From Selaginella moellendorffii (taxonomy: Eukaryota > Plantae > Lycopodiophyta), in contig NW_003314386.1 in assembly GCF_000143415.4 (NCBI RefSeq), forward strand, positions 1 to 40,826: 40,826 nucleotides of DNA, given 5' to 3'. Positions within the stretch are counted from its first letter, which is position 1, and every line of letters starts with the position of its first letter. The notes below the pieces were generated by a model that was not told the DNA's origin, searched no databases, and saw nothing but the letters and a program-made list of their open reading frames with translations. Positions 1 through 11,274 of the stretch are shown piece by piece. A program made the translations under genes and the position numbers.

Positions 1-489
1 TTCTCGAATTTTTGGAAATTTGCCCGATTTTGACGACCCTAGTGCAAAACAGGGGAGTTGAGCGAATTGGTGAAAAAGAAAGGTGGCGCCGTGGAATTCG
101 CCCAGCAGAATGAAGAATTGTGGGTAGCAGAGGAGGGAGAAGACATTGCTGAAGCGAATTGAAAAAGAAAACCTGTAATTGCACAGAAAAACAGAGGATT
201 GTCTGAAATTTCCTTAAGGGCCAATCATTGAAACGAAAATTGAAGAAATTCAAGGGAATTGAGGAGAGAAATCCATGAGCGCTGTGAAGAGGGGAACGGG
301 GAACACCGTGGTCGCCAAAATGGAATGGGTGATTTCCACTCCAAGGGAAGAAATTGCAGGGAGAGAAAAAGAATGAATTGCTCAGGAAAGACTTATGCAG
401 GAGGAAGATTACAGATGCAGAAGGATGCGAATGCTCTAGGGTAGTCTCTGTCTCTACCCTAACTACCTATATCAGCGGTTATAACTCCC

Positions 490-651
490 GCTTACATAAT
501 GCGCCTGAAGTTAGGCGTGCCTAATGTTAGGCGTGCCTGAGGTTAGGCATGCCTGATGCTAGGGGTGCCTAATGCTACCTTCAGTAAGGCATCAGGCGGA
601 AGTCTGCCTGATACCTGCTTGCCTGAGCTCCTAAAAATGCTATTTTCAGTA
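490..651. mobile_element. Probable CACTA (En/Spm) transposon end: subterminal repeats plus clipped TIR
   Basis: Direct and inverted (TT)AGGCGTGCCTGA/AA-type repeats at 500-630 end in GCTATTTTCAGTA, the reverse complement of (CAC)TACTGAAAATAGC lacking the terminal GTG. The junction to the next LTR fragment shares AGTA. Confidence 0.45.
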
Positions 652-1585
652 ACTAATCCATGCTGACGTGACAAAACTCGCGGGAGCCGTGATATGACCT
701 TATCACGAGAACGGTGATGTCGCGGGACTGCAGAGCTGAGGCTCTCAAAAGTTGCCCTAGTAAAGCAATTTCAAGTGCCGAGTAAGTGGCTACCAGCACA
801 GAAGGCGCTGACGTAGCAGGAGTGTTGCAGTCGTGCATGGTTATTTTATCAAGTCCTAGAAGCTGCTGATGTGGCAGGAATCGTGAAAGATGCTGATGTG
901 GCAGGACTTGGGATGTTTGGTGGTTTTCTGCTAATATCACGAGCAGTGCTGACGTGGCAAGAGTCACGAGTAACACTGAAGTGGCAACTCGCGAAAGATG
1001 CTGACGAGGCAGGAGTTGCGAATATCGCTGATGTGGCAGAACTCGCAAAAAATGCTGAAGTGGAGTCACGAGTAACGCTGACGTAGCAGGAGTGCTGATG
1101 TGGCAAGACTCAAAGGGTAAGTTACCAAGGAGACCCAAATCATTAGTTAGTGGCAAACCAGTAAAATACTGACGTGTCAGGACTCCCTCCTGGGGGAAGG
1201 TATAGGGGACCAACCTCTACTTTAAAAGTGGAGAGAAACTCCCACCCAAAAACTGGAAATAGATTTCTAGTTTCTGAAGGAGAGTCAGACAAGCTGTGAA
1301 GAGGAGCTTTGGCTAAGGTGGAGTCAGGCAGGCTGTAAAGAGGAACTCTAACTAAGGTCGAGTCGGTTGGGAGACTCTAGGTGTTGAAGCCTCATGTTGG
1401 GTGATTCCTTGGAGGTAAATGTCTTGGAAAGCTAATGCCTAAGGGTCTAATTGTCGCAATTAATCCGAGCTCTAAGTAGATATTTGATGGTATGCTGGAT
1501 GCCCTTGACTCGCAACGTGGGTAAAGGCTGCTAGATATGGCAGTCATATCACGGTTGCTTTCAGAAATGGGGGCACTCCGTGACA
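648..1585 (+). mobile_element. Diverged, 5'-truncated LTR related to family B
   Basis: Colinear similarity to 11102-12614 (ACTCGCGGGAGCCGTG, AAGTGCCGAGTAAGTGGCTACC, GCTGACGTGGCA arrays, GAGACTCTAGGTGTTGAAGCCTC); ends ...CCGTGACA at 1585. Confidence 0.8.
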
Positions 1586-2786
1586 TGCAAGTTCTGGTGG
1601 AGAGAGACCGTAGATGGAACCCCATGGAGGTTGTTTGCCGGCCTTCCAAGTCGATTAAGCAGTTATACAGACGATGTTCGGGTAATCGTTCTGCCCTGAC
1701 ATTGTCGAACACATCTTGGAAATCGTTATATTCATCTGGAAGAGTTAAAAATGACTGAGATTTCATTAAGATTGGCAAACAAGAACCTTGCTCCATCTTT
1801 GCACTCTTTGTACAACCAGTATCCATCTCTAACACTTACAGTGAGATTGTAAAAACCTTTAGATGTTCTTGAGATATCAGATCTGGAATTAGGATTGGAA
1901 TTAGAACTGGAGCTAGGGTTAGAGATTTCACTCGGGTAGCAGAAATACGATTCGAGTTGAAACAACCTTATTTTTCTTAACTGGAACTAAAACAGCCAAA
2001 ACTGGAACTGGAATTGATACTAGGAAAGGAGGAACTAGAGGCGACGCGGGACTATATCAGAGTCAGGAGCTTGTCGATGTGCTTCTTATCGACGTTCGAA
2101 GAGACAATTGTTGCAACGAATCGCTTTTTTCATCGCATCAGCAATTGTAGTTGGATCAGCAACTGTTAAGATAAGATCTTTGAAATTGTTGCGAAGGCCA
2201 TAACAGAATTGATCAGTCAGTGTAGCTTCATCCTAAGATAAATTCATCGCCAACTGTTAAAATTCTAATGCATAGACTGATGCTAGACAAGATCCTTGAA
2301 ATAATTTATGAATCTTAGTCTTTGAGACTCGAGCTCAGTCTGTTTGTCCAAAACATGCTTCAAATAATTCGAGGAATATATTGAAATCGTTGAGCTCTGG
2401 GGCATTCCTCTTCAGAAGGGGAGAAAACCATTAAACAGTAATGTCGCTGAGAAGAAATTCTACAAGACCCATTTTGACCTGGTCATTTGCATATTTGTGA
2501 GGTTACATACAAATGACTAACTTGACTTGGTTGACGAATCTATGAAACTTGGATCTTGTCGTATCAAATTTTATTAGAAAACTGATCTTAGCTTCAGGTA
2601 TACAACTACTGATAAGCTGTTGTTGCAGATAAGAATAGAATTTCATGATGGTTTCCTGAAGCTGTTGATTTTGTAATTGAAGATTCATGATGACTTGATC
2701 CATGATGATACGAGGAAGAGAAATTGAAAATACCAAAGATTCAAGAAAGATGGCGACATTGATATCTTTGGGATTTCTACTCAAAC
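1586..2786 (-). pseudogene. Degenerate Tcn1-like chromovirus (Ty3/gypsy) gag and start of pol
   Basis: Minus-strand remnants KISFLIKFDTTRSKFHRFVNQVKLV, DQFCYGLRNNFKDL and AIRCNNCLFERR (gag), and YNDFQDVFDNVRAERLPEHRLYNCLIDL (pre-RT). Many stops and frameshifts. Confidence 0.75.
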
Positions 2787-2972
2787 TGTCATGGGTCTAA
2801 ACAGGGATTGCAGAACATGAATGTATTTAAGATGCTCATTACTATACAAAAATAGGAACAAGAATAGGAGACTAAAACGAGACTAGAAACTGGATTTCAA
2901 AAATGGTGATGAACAAGAATGCCGAAACCCTTACTAGAACTCCCCTTATTTAGTTGTGTAATGGAAGGTTTC
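2787..2972 (-). repeat. Tcn1-like element 5' LTR, gag-proximal part (split by A1)
   Basis: Begins TGTCATGG at 2787 next to the gag start; matches the inverted terminus CCGTGATA at 25278-25285 on the other side of A1. Confidence 0.55.
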
Positions 2973-3394
2973 TGTAAACCAGCAATCCCGAGGCTTCGGA
3001 TGTATGATCTGAAGTCCTCGGATCTGAAGGCCAATAGGCCACTAGGGTAGAATTAGGATGACGAGTCCAAAGGCCGAGAGGCCATTAAAAGAGTCAGGCT
3101 TAAAGATCCTGACTCATCCCAATCCCTAATCCTAACTCCATCTCCCACTTGTTCATCAATCGTCTTCTTCTTGATTACGACTATCTTCCACTTTCCAATT
3201 CTCTATCTCATCCACATCACCGCAGCCCATCCTTATTCACACCTTCCAGGGATCGAAGGCAAGGAGTAGGCTCAGGCTACAAGATCCAACACTCAGACTC
3301 GAGTATCCGGTAATCAGACTTTACGTTCCTTAGTTTAGTACAAGAACGACCGCAGATACAGTAACAATGAACTGCTTGTTTCTGACGGTTTTCA
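2973..3394 (+). repeat. A1 5' LTR (422 bp)
   Basis: TGTAAACC...GGTTTTCA; direct repeat of 24690-25112 and inverted relative to 22174-22601. Confidence 0.9.
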
Positions 3395-3395
3395 C

Positions 3396-3412
3396 TGGCA
3401 ACCACGGTGGGA
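3396..3412 (+). promoter_or_regulatory. A1 primer-binding site, tRNA-Arg(UCG)-type
   Basis: TGGCAACCACGGTGGGA 1 nt after the LTR CA. The A2 copy reads TGGCGACCACGGTGGGA, close to the complement of the plant tRNA-Arg(UCG) 3' end. Confidence 0.75.
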
Positions 3413-4097
3413 TGGGAGGCCATGTGTGATGAGAATTCGAGAAGAAACCATGGAAGAAAAAAAACACACAAGTTTTGAAGAACTGAATTTCGGAATTCAG
3501 GATTGAATGCCCGATCAGGGTGAATGCGACCTGTTCTGAAGCGGGCACACAACTAAGACCCAAGCAACTGAGAGAGAGAGTTTACTGGCATCTTTCAAAG
3601 CTCAAGTTCTCAGTGGCACCGCTCAGGGCTGTGTAGACGTTTTGAGCCGGCAGCTTAGGTGCTGTGTAGACTCTCAAAGCCGAGCAGTGAAGCATCGCCG
3701 GATTCTGAAACTTGAGACCATCCGAGCACATGGGAAAAGCACATGAAGAAGATTTCCAAAGTCCAGGCAAAACCCAAGTCGGGTGTATAAAACCTGCTTT
3801 AAAGTTTGGCAAAATAAGTAAGACCCAAGAAGATACATTGATTGCTTCGGCAGACACTGGAGTGCAAGGAGCTTTAGACACCGAGTCAGCAGTGCATAGC
3901 CGATCTACCAAAGAATCAGAAAGATCCAGACAATATTCCTGGAAGTTGCACAACTGAGAGGCGGGAGTAACCACCAGCTGACCGGTCCAATTATAAATTG
4001 ACACGTGTTTATCAAAATAGTGATCCGAAACTGATATCGGAATGGAGATCCGAGGCCCGAGGGTCTCACCCCTGAAGTTTGCCAGGGAGACAAATTG

Positions 4098-4265
4098 AAT
4101 TTTCCTGGAAGTATTGCCCAGATGACTGATTATTGAATTTTCCCAGAAGTATTGCCCGGATGACTGATTATTGAAATTTCCTGGAAGTGTTGTCCGGGTG
4201 ATTTACTATACGAATTTCCCAGAAGTTTACCTGGAAGAAAGATTATTGAATTTCCCCGGATGTGT
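4098..4265 (+). repeat. ~37-bp tandem repeats in the A1 5' leader
   Basis: Repeated TTTCC(T/C)GGAAGTATTGCCCGGATGACTGATTATTGAA units; homologous array at 21230-21410. Confidence 0.85.
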
Positions 4266-4682
4266 TTCTCGGAAGTAGAATTATGAATACCCCGGAAGAG
4301 TTTCCCGGAGGACTTAGGAATTGAAATCCGACAAAATAGAATGCCAAGAAGATAAGCGAGGGGAGTTAACCGCAAATATATTCTCTTGAGAGAGAAACGG
4401 TTATCCTAACCGAAATTCAAACTGGCCAAATGAGAGACTGACCCATGGAAGAGGAACAGGACAAGGAGGTTCCGAGCGGGGAGAAACGGGGGATCCAATG
4501 AGCAACGGAGAGGAGGAGCGCTGAGGCACGATGGAAGAGGCAAGCTTTGAAATTTTGGTTTGTCATCTTCGAATTCCTTCCCTCTCTGGCATCCCTCACC
4601 TAAATTCATGAAAGCTCTATCCACATTTAGAATCACTACTGACTTTCTTCGTAAGTATACGTATTCGTAAGTATATAAGTAT

Positions 4683-4762
4683 CGGGAGTTCTACTCGGAC
4701 ATGTGGTCTGCAAACAGGGCATACTGATAGACAAAGCAAAAATAGAGATTATCCTCAATATT
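4683..4762 (+). pseudogene. Residual 80-bp RT fragment of A1
   Basis: Translates GVLLGHVVCKQGILIDKAKIEIILN, homologous to A2 RT GVLLGHVVCEHGILIDKAKTEIILN (~6880-6960, minus strand). Confidence 0.85.
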
Positions 4763-4775
4763 GTTTTTCCGTTCC

Positions 4776-4870
4776 GGAGCCGCGGTATATCCGGATCTTG
4801 TCGCCGCGGTATATTCAGATTCACTTTCCGCGGTATATTCGGATCTTGTCGCCGCTGTCTGTCAGGATTA
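4776..4870 (-). repeat. 24-bp tandem repeats just after A2 pol
   Basis: CAAGATCCG(A/G)ATATACCGCGG-type units; same array at 23009-23095 in A1. Confidence 0.8.
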
Positions 4871-7800
4871 TCTTTCCGGTTCGATTCCGATGGCCTCAAT
4901 TTTCCGAATCTGCGGATTTGGTCTTCTAGTTTCTTGCTCGTCATCCTTTTCTATTGTAAAATATTTCTGCAGTTTGTTGAAGTTCACAGTCTCGAGTTCT
5001 TCACCATCTAATGTCGCCAGTTTGGCTGTTCCTGGCGCTGTGAATTCTTTGATCACAAATGGTCCCTGCCATGAGGTCTTCATTTTATTTCCGAGTTCTT
5101 CAACTTTTCCCCTGTACCAGAGGACTAAGTTGCCTTCTCGGATTTCATACTTCTTTTTCCCAACTTTTCGGTCATGCCGAGCTTTACGACGAGCTTGAAT
5201 AGCTTCTAATGTCCATACTGCTCGAAGCCTTTCTTCACTTAACTTGTCAAGCATAGCAAGCCTCTTTTTCACTCCTTCTTCTTGGTTGATACCGAGTTCA
5301 ACTGCCGTCCTGAGAGTCGGAACGACATATTCGAGTGGTGTCAGGGCTTCTAGCCTGAATGCTAGCCGAAATGGTGTCGTGTTGGTAGAGATTTTGTAGG
5401 CCGTTCTGTACGCCCATAATGCGTCGTGAATTCTCTCATCCCAGTCTCTCAAGTGCGTAGCTGAGATCTTTTTCAGGATATTTTTCAACGTCTTGTTGGC
5501 TGATTCGGCCTGACCATTTCCTTGTGGATAATACGGTGTAGACGCCTTGTGCTTGATCATGAATTCCTGGGTTAGGATCTCCAGTGTTCTGTTGAGGAAA
5601 TGAGTTCCTCTGTCAGTGACTATTTCTCTAGGAAGGCCATATCGGACAATAATGTATTCGTAAATAAATTTCGCTGTATTCCGAGCTGTAGCTTCTTTCA
5701 ACGGCAATGCTTCGGCCCATTTTGTCATGTAATCTGTAGCAATCAGCACGTATTTGTTTCCCTTAGAACTCGTCGTCAGTGGACCGACAAAGTCAAGTCC
5801 CCACCTTTGAAAAGGTTCCATTGCTGTTGTCGGATGTAGTTCCTGGAAAATTTTCCTTGGAGGTGGTTTAGTCCGTTGGCAGACATCACATTCTCTGCAA
5901 TGCTTCTCCGCATCTGCCCACAGGTTCGGCCACCATAGGCCTGCTTGTAGTACTTTTCTTGCTGTGATCTCACTGCCGAAATGACCTCTGGAGTTGCCTT
6001 CGTGAGCTTCGGATAGCAATTCCGGTGTTTCGTCTTGCTCAACACATCGTCTTAGAACATTATCGATTCCAAGCTTGTATAACCTTCCTCCCACAACTGA
6101 ATAAGGCCTTGTCCTCAAGGCAAATTGTCGTTTTTGGTCAGCTGTTGTGTAGTTGTCGGGTATGCTACCCGTCGTGAGGTAGTGTTGGATGTCCTGAAGC
6201 CAAGTCGGATTGTACGCCCGAATTGCTTTGACAGTAAATAGGTGAGCATCTGGGAAGTCATCGTTGGAGTATTTAGGGTCTTCGCCTGTTGTGATTCGGC
6301 TGAGATGATCAGCTTGTTCGTGTTGTCTTCCTGGTTTGTGAATAATTTCGAAATTGTATTCCTGAAGCAAAAGGAACCATCTTGCAATGCGTCCTGTCAA
6401 CACTGGCTTGTTGAGTAAATGTAACAAGGCCTTATGATCGACCATGATTTTGACTCTATTGGCCAGTAGATAGTGCCTAAATTTTTGCAGAGCATAAACC
6501 ATTCCGAGCGTTTCCTTTTCTGTGGTCGTATAGTTCATTTCGGCTGGGTTCAGCCGACGTCCGGCATAATATATCGGTCGGTCCTTCCCGTCGTCTTGAA
6601 GTTGGGAAAGTATGGCCCCGATTGCATAATCGGATGCATCTACTTGGACAATGAATTCTCGTTTCCAATTCGGTTGAACAAGTATTGGTGCTCGCACCAA
6701 ATGACTCTTGAGTGTTTGAAATGCTTTGTCGCACTCAGAAGTCCATTTAAATAGCTGTTGCTTCTTCAACAGGTCAGTTATCGGTTTACTGATCCGAGCG
6801 TAATCTCGGATGAACCGGCGGTGATATCCCATTTTTCCTAGAAATCTTCGGACTCCTGAGACTTCTGTCGGAGGTTCCATATTGAGAATGATCTCCGTTT
6901 TGGCTTTGTCTATTAGAATGCCGTGTTCACAGACGACATGTCCGAGTAGAACTCCCGATTTTACGAAAAAGGTGCACTTCTCCGGATTTAGAGCGATGTT
7001 GTTGTCCCTGCACTTGTTGAAGCATTTTTGAAGGCATTCCAAGTGCCTTGCTTTGTTGCTGAAGACGCTGAAATCGTCCATAAAAACTCGCATGAAGTCT
7101 GTAAGGTATTCCTGAAAAGTCTCGGTTATAATTCTTTGGAATGTGAATGGAGCATTCGTAAGGCCGAATGGCATGCGCAAATATGCGTAAGCTCCCCACG
7201 GACTGATGAATGCTGTTTTATGTTGATCTTCCTCTGCGATGTGCACTTGGTTATAACCGCTAAATCCGTCCAGAAAAGAGTACATTTCATGTCCGGCAAC
7301 TGAATCCAGTATCTCGTCTGTGAACGGAATTGGAAATGTGTCGGTGGTGGTGCTCTCGTTCAACTTCTTGTAATTGACACATATTCGTAGCTTGCCATTT
7401 TTCTTGGGCACGATTACTAGTGGTGATAGCCATCTAGCATTCTGTATCGGCCTGATGAATTGAGCCTCGAGGAGTTTGTCGAGTTCGGCTTTCACCCTTT
7501 GCTGGAAGTTCGGGTTCATTCGGTATGCTCTCTGTTTCTTCGGTGTTGCACCTGGAATGAGTTGAATACGATGAGTATATAACTCTGGGGGTATTCCTCG
7601 TAAATCTTTGTATGACCATGCGAAAACATCTTGGTTTCGTCGCAAAAGGTCGATAGCTTGTTGTTTGAAGTCGGAATTGAGTTCCTGAGCCATGAGAACA
7701 TTTCGGGGCTGTTCGCTTGTCCCTATGTTCACTGTATCCAGTTCTTCATTGACCTTGATTTTGTTTTGAAGAATCTCTCCTCGTTTCACCAACGCTGGAG

Positions 7801-8416
7801 TCTCGTCAAGCTCTATTTGATACTCTCGTGATTGTATTTGTTCGAGTTTGATATCCGGAATTTCACGTTGGCCGATCTTCGGCTGTGTTTTGGCGAATGC
7901 TTCGGGTTGTGTTTCCGTACTTTGTGGCAGGATTCGTCTAAGGTCGACCTGCGTGATTGGTTGCAGTTCGGGATATGCCTGGAGAAGTTGGAGTTCTTCC
8001 ATATCGTCCAATCCTTCGTGCCAGTCATATGATTCTACATATATCGGCTTGTTTGACTGAAGAATTCGTTTAGTACGTGTTGTCGATAACTGCGGTGCAT
8101 CTGGATGCTGGCCTAGAGTTATCTTGTTACTTCCCCAAAAATGTAGAATGTCTGCACTGCGGAGCCATGTTCGGCCTATTAGAACATCGTATCCGCCTTC
8201 GGCATCAGTCATCTTGAGGATGATGAAGTTGAGTCTGTACTTGTTTGCTTTGACTTGTATGGGTACATTTCGTATGATCCCGAATGGTCGGATTTGTCGC
8301 TGGTCAGCCATGATGACGTTAAATGGGGCTGGCTCACATTGTCCCGTGCCTAGAGATTTGAAAGTGTTGTATTCCATGATATTGACTCCTGAGCCACCAT
8401 CGAGTATAGCTTCCAT
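4868..8416 (-). CDS. pol: Ty3/gypsy Pol (aspartic protease, RT, RNase H, integrase), 1182 aa open segment
   Basis: AILDGGSG protease; RT KLRICVNY, FLDGFSGYNQ, MPFGL, FMDDF; RNase H VDASDYAIGAILSQ, EKE, VDHKAL; integrase H..H/C..C, WGLDFVGPL, VTDRGTHF, YYPQGNGQAE, WQGPF. The order PR-RT-RH-INT is gypsy; no chromodomain seen. Confidence 0.95.
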   Translation of the reverse strand: MEAILDGGSGVNIMEYNTFKSLGTGQCEPAPFNVIMADQRQIRPFGIIRNVPIQVKANKYRLNFIILKMTDAEGGYDVLIGRTWLRSADILHFWGSNKITLGQHPDAPQLSTTRTKRILQSNKPIYVESYDWHEGLDDMEELQLLQAYPELQPITQVDLRRILPQSTETQPEAFAKTQPKIGQREIPDIKLEQIQSREYQIELDETPALVKRGEILQNKIKVNEELDTVNIGTSEQPRNVLMAQELNSDFKQQAIDLLRRNQDVFAWSYKDLRGIPPELYTHRIQLIPGATPKKQRAYRMNPNFQQRVKAELDKLLEAQFIRPIQNARWLSPLVIVPKKNGKLRICVNYKKLNESTTTDTFPIPFTDEILDSVAGHEMYSFLDGFSGYNQVHIAEEDQHKTAFISPWGAYAYLRMPFGLTNAPFTFQRIITETFQEYLTDFMRVFMDDFSVFSNKARHLECLQKCFNKCRDNNIALNPEKCTFFVKSGVLLGHVVCEHGILIDKAKTEIILNMEPPTEVSGVRRFLGKMGYHRRFIRDYARISKPITDLLKKQQLFKWTSECDKAFQTLKSHLVRAPILVQPNWKREFIVQVDASDYAIGAILSQLQDDGKDRPIYYAGRRLNPAEMNYTTTEKETLGMVYALQKFRHYLLANRVKIMVDHKALLHLLNKPVLTGRIARWFLLLQEYNFEIIHKPGRQHEQADHLSRITTGEDPKYSNDDFPDAHLFTVKAIRAYNPTWLQDIQHYLTTGSIPDNYTTADQKRQFALRTRPYSVVGGRLYKLGIDNVLRRCVEQDETPELLSEAHEGNSRGHFGSEITARKVLQAGLWWPNLWADAEKHCRECDVCQRTKPPPRKIFQELHPTTAMEPFQRWGLDFVGPLTTSSKGNKYVLIATDYMTKWAEALPLKEATARNTAKFIYEYIIVRYGLPREIVTDRGTHFLNRTLEILTQEFMIKHKASTPYYPQGNGQAESANKTLKNILKKISATHLRDWDERIHDALWAYRTAYKISTNTTPFRLAFRLEALTPLEYVVPTLRTAVELGINQEEGVKKRLAMLDKLSEERLRAVWTLEAIQARRKARHDRKVGKKKYEIREGNLVLWYRGKVEELGNKMKTSWQGPFVIKEFTAPGTAKLATLDGEELETVNFNKLQKYFTIEKDDEQETRRPNPQIRKIEAIGIEPER

Positions 8417-8548
8417 GGGTTTGTTTTTGCCGACAATAATGTTGATGCATGGTGAATCTCCGTCATAATCTCCAGGTTGTACCTCGGCTTGGAGTGCTTC
8501 GACTGTTGGCTGATCTTTCCGAGTGTTCGGCTGAGTCTGAGTAGCATT

Positions 8549-10783
8549 TCAGATTTGTTTGGTCAAGTATGGTGCAAGCTGAAGTATTTGTTGAAGCGTC
8601 AACGTAACGCCTTGCTGCAAAATTTGATTAACTATTTCAGTGTGTTCATCTTGTGTGAAAGGCTCGTAGCCTTGCGGTAATTCTTGGTCATTGATATCAT
8701 TGATCTCGGGAGCCATGTTTCTGAGCTCCTCGGTAATCTCCTGAGTTTTTCGTTTCGCTTCCTTCCACTCCGAAGAGGAAATTTCCTCTACTTCCGGGTC
8801 GTTGTTATCTTCCGGCTCCGGTTCGGGTTGCCGAGCTCGCGCTCGGGTAATTGCCCAAGCTGTTGGCCGTTGTTCGTAATTCTCCTCTTCTCCGGTTTCT
8901 TGTGGTTCGGTGACTTCCATTGACCGAGTTGTTGGTTGTTGAGGTCTATTTGGTGGACCTTGTGCTTGTTCTCGACCTTGATATTGTATCCTTTGTCCTG
9001 GAGGCTGTGGACGATTTGAATTCACATTTCTCGTATCTTGGTAGTTTTGTGGCTGTGGTTGTTGCATTCTCTCGTATTGAAGGTATGTCGGAGCCTGTTG
9101 GTATGGTTGGCTTTGGTAACCTCGGTTCGTGTCTTGCTGGCTGGATTGGCCATAAGGGCCATATGGTCGACGATAGTCATCTCTCCTCCGGTCATTTCGA
9201 GGTGGTCCTCGGTAGTTCCATGTGTTCCTCTCGTTTGGATACTGGGGCCGATCATTCAGATATGGGGGCCGATTGCTCAGATACGGAGGCCGATTGTCTC
9301 TTCGATTGAAATTGGATACTTGCTGCACCTCAGTGTACATTCTCTGTCGGCAAATCTGAGCTGTGTGTCCTTCTCGGTCACATATTTGACATCGTGGTAC
9401 CTGGAATCTGCATTCGCTGGATGCGTGCCCTTCATTTTTGCATTTGGCACAAAATACTCCGGGTTTGAGTTCCGAATACTTCGGTTTGGTTTCCTTGTTT
9501 TTGCCTTTGAGCAATTTCTTGAGTATATTTGGGATAGAGTCCTCATTTGAGTCGTGATTCTTGTCTCTTTTTCTTTCCATATCTTCGTATTCATCATTGT
9601 TGTTCACTTTGGAGAGATTCGGGTTGAATGCCTTCATCTGCCTATCAACGGCTATGGCAAACTCGCACATTTCCTGAACTCCAAACTTTGAAGTGGTTGT
9701 CTCATCATCAAGTGCCATTGCCGGTATGAGTGATGCAAAGTATTGTCGGTACCTTTTGAGCATTCCCCGAAAGTACCAGTTTCTTCGTCCTCTATCGGTT
9801 AAGAGTTCCGTGCATTTGGCTGCATGGTCATTGAATCTTCATGTGTATTCTTGGATGTCTTCATCTGGATCCTGTCTGATGTTTTTGAGGATCTCGAGGT
9901 GTTCTTCGGGTGTTCTCTGTGACTGATATCGAAGCTTGAAAGCTTTTATAATATCATCGTATTGCTTGTCTTTGTTTAAGGTGTAATACCAGTCGAGTGC
10001 TCTGTCTTTCAGTGTGTACTGAAAAAGTGTTTCTCGATAGGCTTCTTGGCCATTGATGGTAATGGCTTTGTTGTATTGTTGGAGGTGTCGATCTGGATCT
10101 TCACCTTTGGCGCCTTGAAAAATTGGGTAAGAGACCGTTCGCCCATAGGCTGTTGAAGGGATGGCTTGCATCTTGATGGACTGCAGTAAGTCAAACGTGA
10201 GCTCGACGTAAGCACCGTTGGTTTTACGCTCTCCCTGGCTAAATTGTTTTTCAACTTCGGAATTGTTTTCCGGTTGTTGTTTTGGTGGATCTTCGGACTC
10301 AATATCCTGCCTTGTATGTGTAATAGGTGTTGTCTGGGTTGATATTCCAGCAGACTCTGCTGTTGATGCTTCCTGGGCTTCGGGTTGCGGGTGGTCGGAC
10401 TCGTCTTCCGACTTGTGTTCTTCTTTTGCTTTGAATATTGTTGTATGTGTCAAGATTGGTGTCTCTTGAACAGTAGTTAGCTTTGTGAGTGGGCTGCTGA
10501 TAAAGGGAAATTGATATCCTCTTGAGGATGATGCTCCGAATGGATTTAGTCCAGGAAACTCTGGACTTGGTGTCCGTCTATCGGGACTAAGTTCTTGGAT
10601 CTTGGGTATCGGGTTTGGAGTCTGAGTCTGGCTGTCTTGTTGTCCGATCTTTGTGAATATTCGTTCGAGAATGTTTTCGCGTTGCTGTTGGAGTTGTGAT
10701 TTTCTGACAGATCTATCTTCTGCTCTTTTGTCTCTCTCTGCTGCTTTAATCGGGTCACCTTTAGCGAATAGTATTGAACTCAT
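8549..10783 (-). pseudogene. gag: A2 Gag (capsid plus two CCHC zinc knuckles), interrupted by in-frame TGA at 9839-9841; in frame with Pol across TGA 8549-8551
   Basis: PIFQGAKGEDPDRHL, ALDWYY, IRQDPDEDIQEY capsid motifs; CAKCKNEGHASSEC and CQICDREGHTAQIC knuckles. ORFs 9839-10783, 8549-9763 and 4868-8416 share one reading frame. Confidence 0.9.
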
Positions 10784-11019
10784 TCGGCTGCATGCTTCGG
10801 TTTCGGGTTGCTAAATCAAAGGTATTGTATCTGTATCGTTGATTGGTGTAGATCAGTACAAGTTTGTGGGGATCTACCACCATAATCACATCGTAAAGAG
10901 CTTTCTCAAGCTGTTCGAATGGTAAATTTGGAGCTGCTAACCAGCTCAGATCGTTTTCTGGTGTACAGACCAATCCTATCCTCTTGACAACATTGATGCA
11001 TTTTAGTCGGGAATAGAGA
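10761..11019 (-). pseudogene. 3' part of A2 extra upstream ORF (split by B)
   Basis: LYSRLKCINVVKRIGLVC...NEFNTIR* joins in frame to 19103-19806 once B and one TSD copy are removed. Confidence 0.75.
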
Positions 11020-11274
11020 TCTTGTGTTACGGAGGTATGTCGTAGAGCCAGGCTGGTTCCGGTGGTACTTGGCATAAGGACGTAACATAGCTTCTCCGCT
11101 AAGTAACTAGTCCGAGCAGGCGTGGCAGGACTCGCGGGAGCCGTGGTAGGCCTTATCCCGAGGAGGGTGATGTCGCCGGACTTAAAGTGCCGAGTAAGTG
11201 GCTACCGGCACTAAAGACGCTGATCGGCAGGAGTGCTGAGTTCAGTGCAGGGGAATTTACCAAGTACCAAGGGC

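Noticed and set aside
653-1213. 186-aa ORF and similar ORFs in B LTRs (11328-12355, 17535-18721, 32824-33066)
   Set aside because: Chance open frames through tandem repeats; they recur only because the LTRs are duplicated.
2770-2960. Tf1-type self-priming site for the Tcn1-like element
   Set aside because: No convincing complement to the post-LTR sequence was found near the presumed transcription start.
5600-10758. Numerous short antisense or alternate-frame ORFs over gag-pol, and 39587-40480 over the REase-like ORF
   Set aside because: Shadow ORFs of the main coding frames with no independent evidence.
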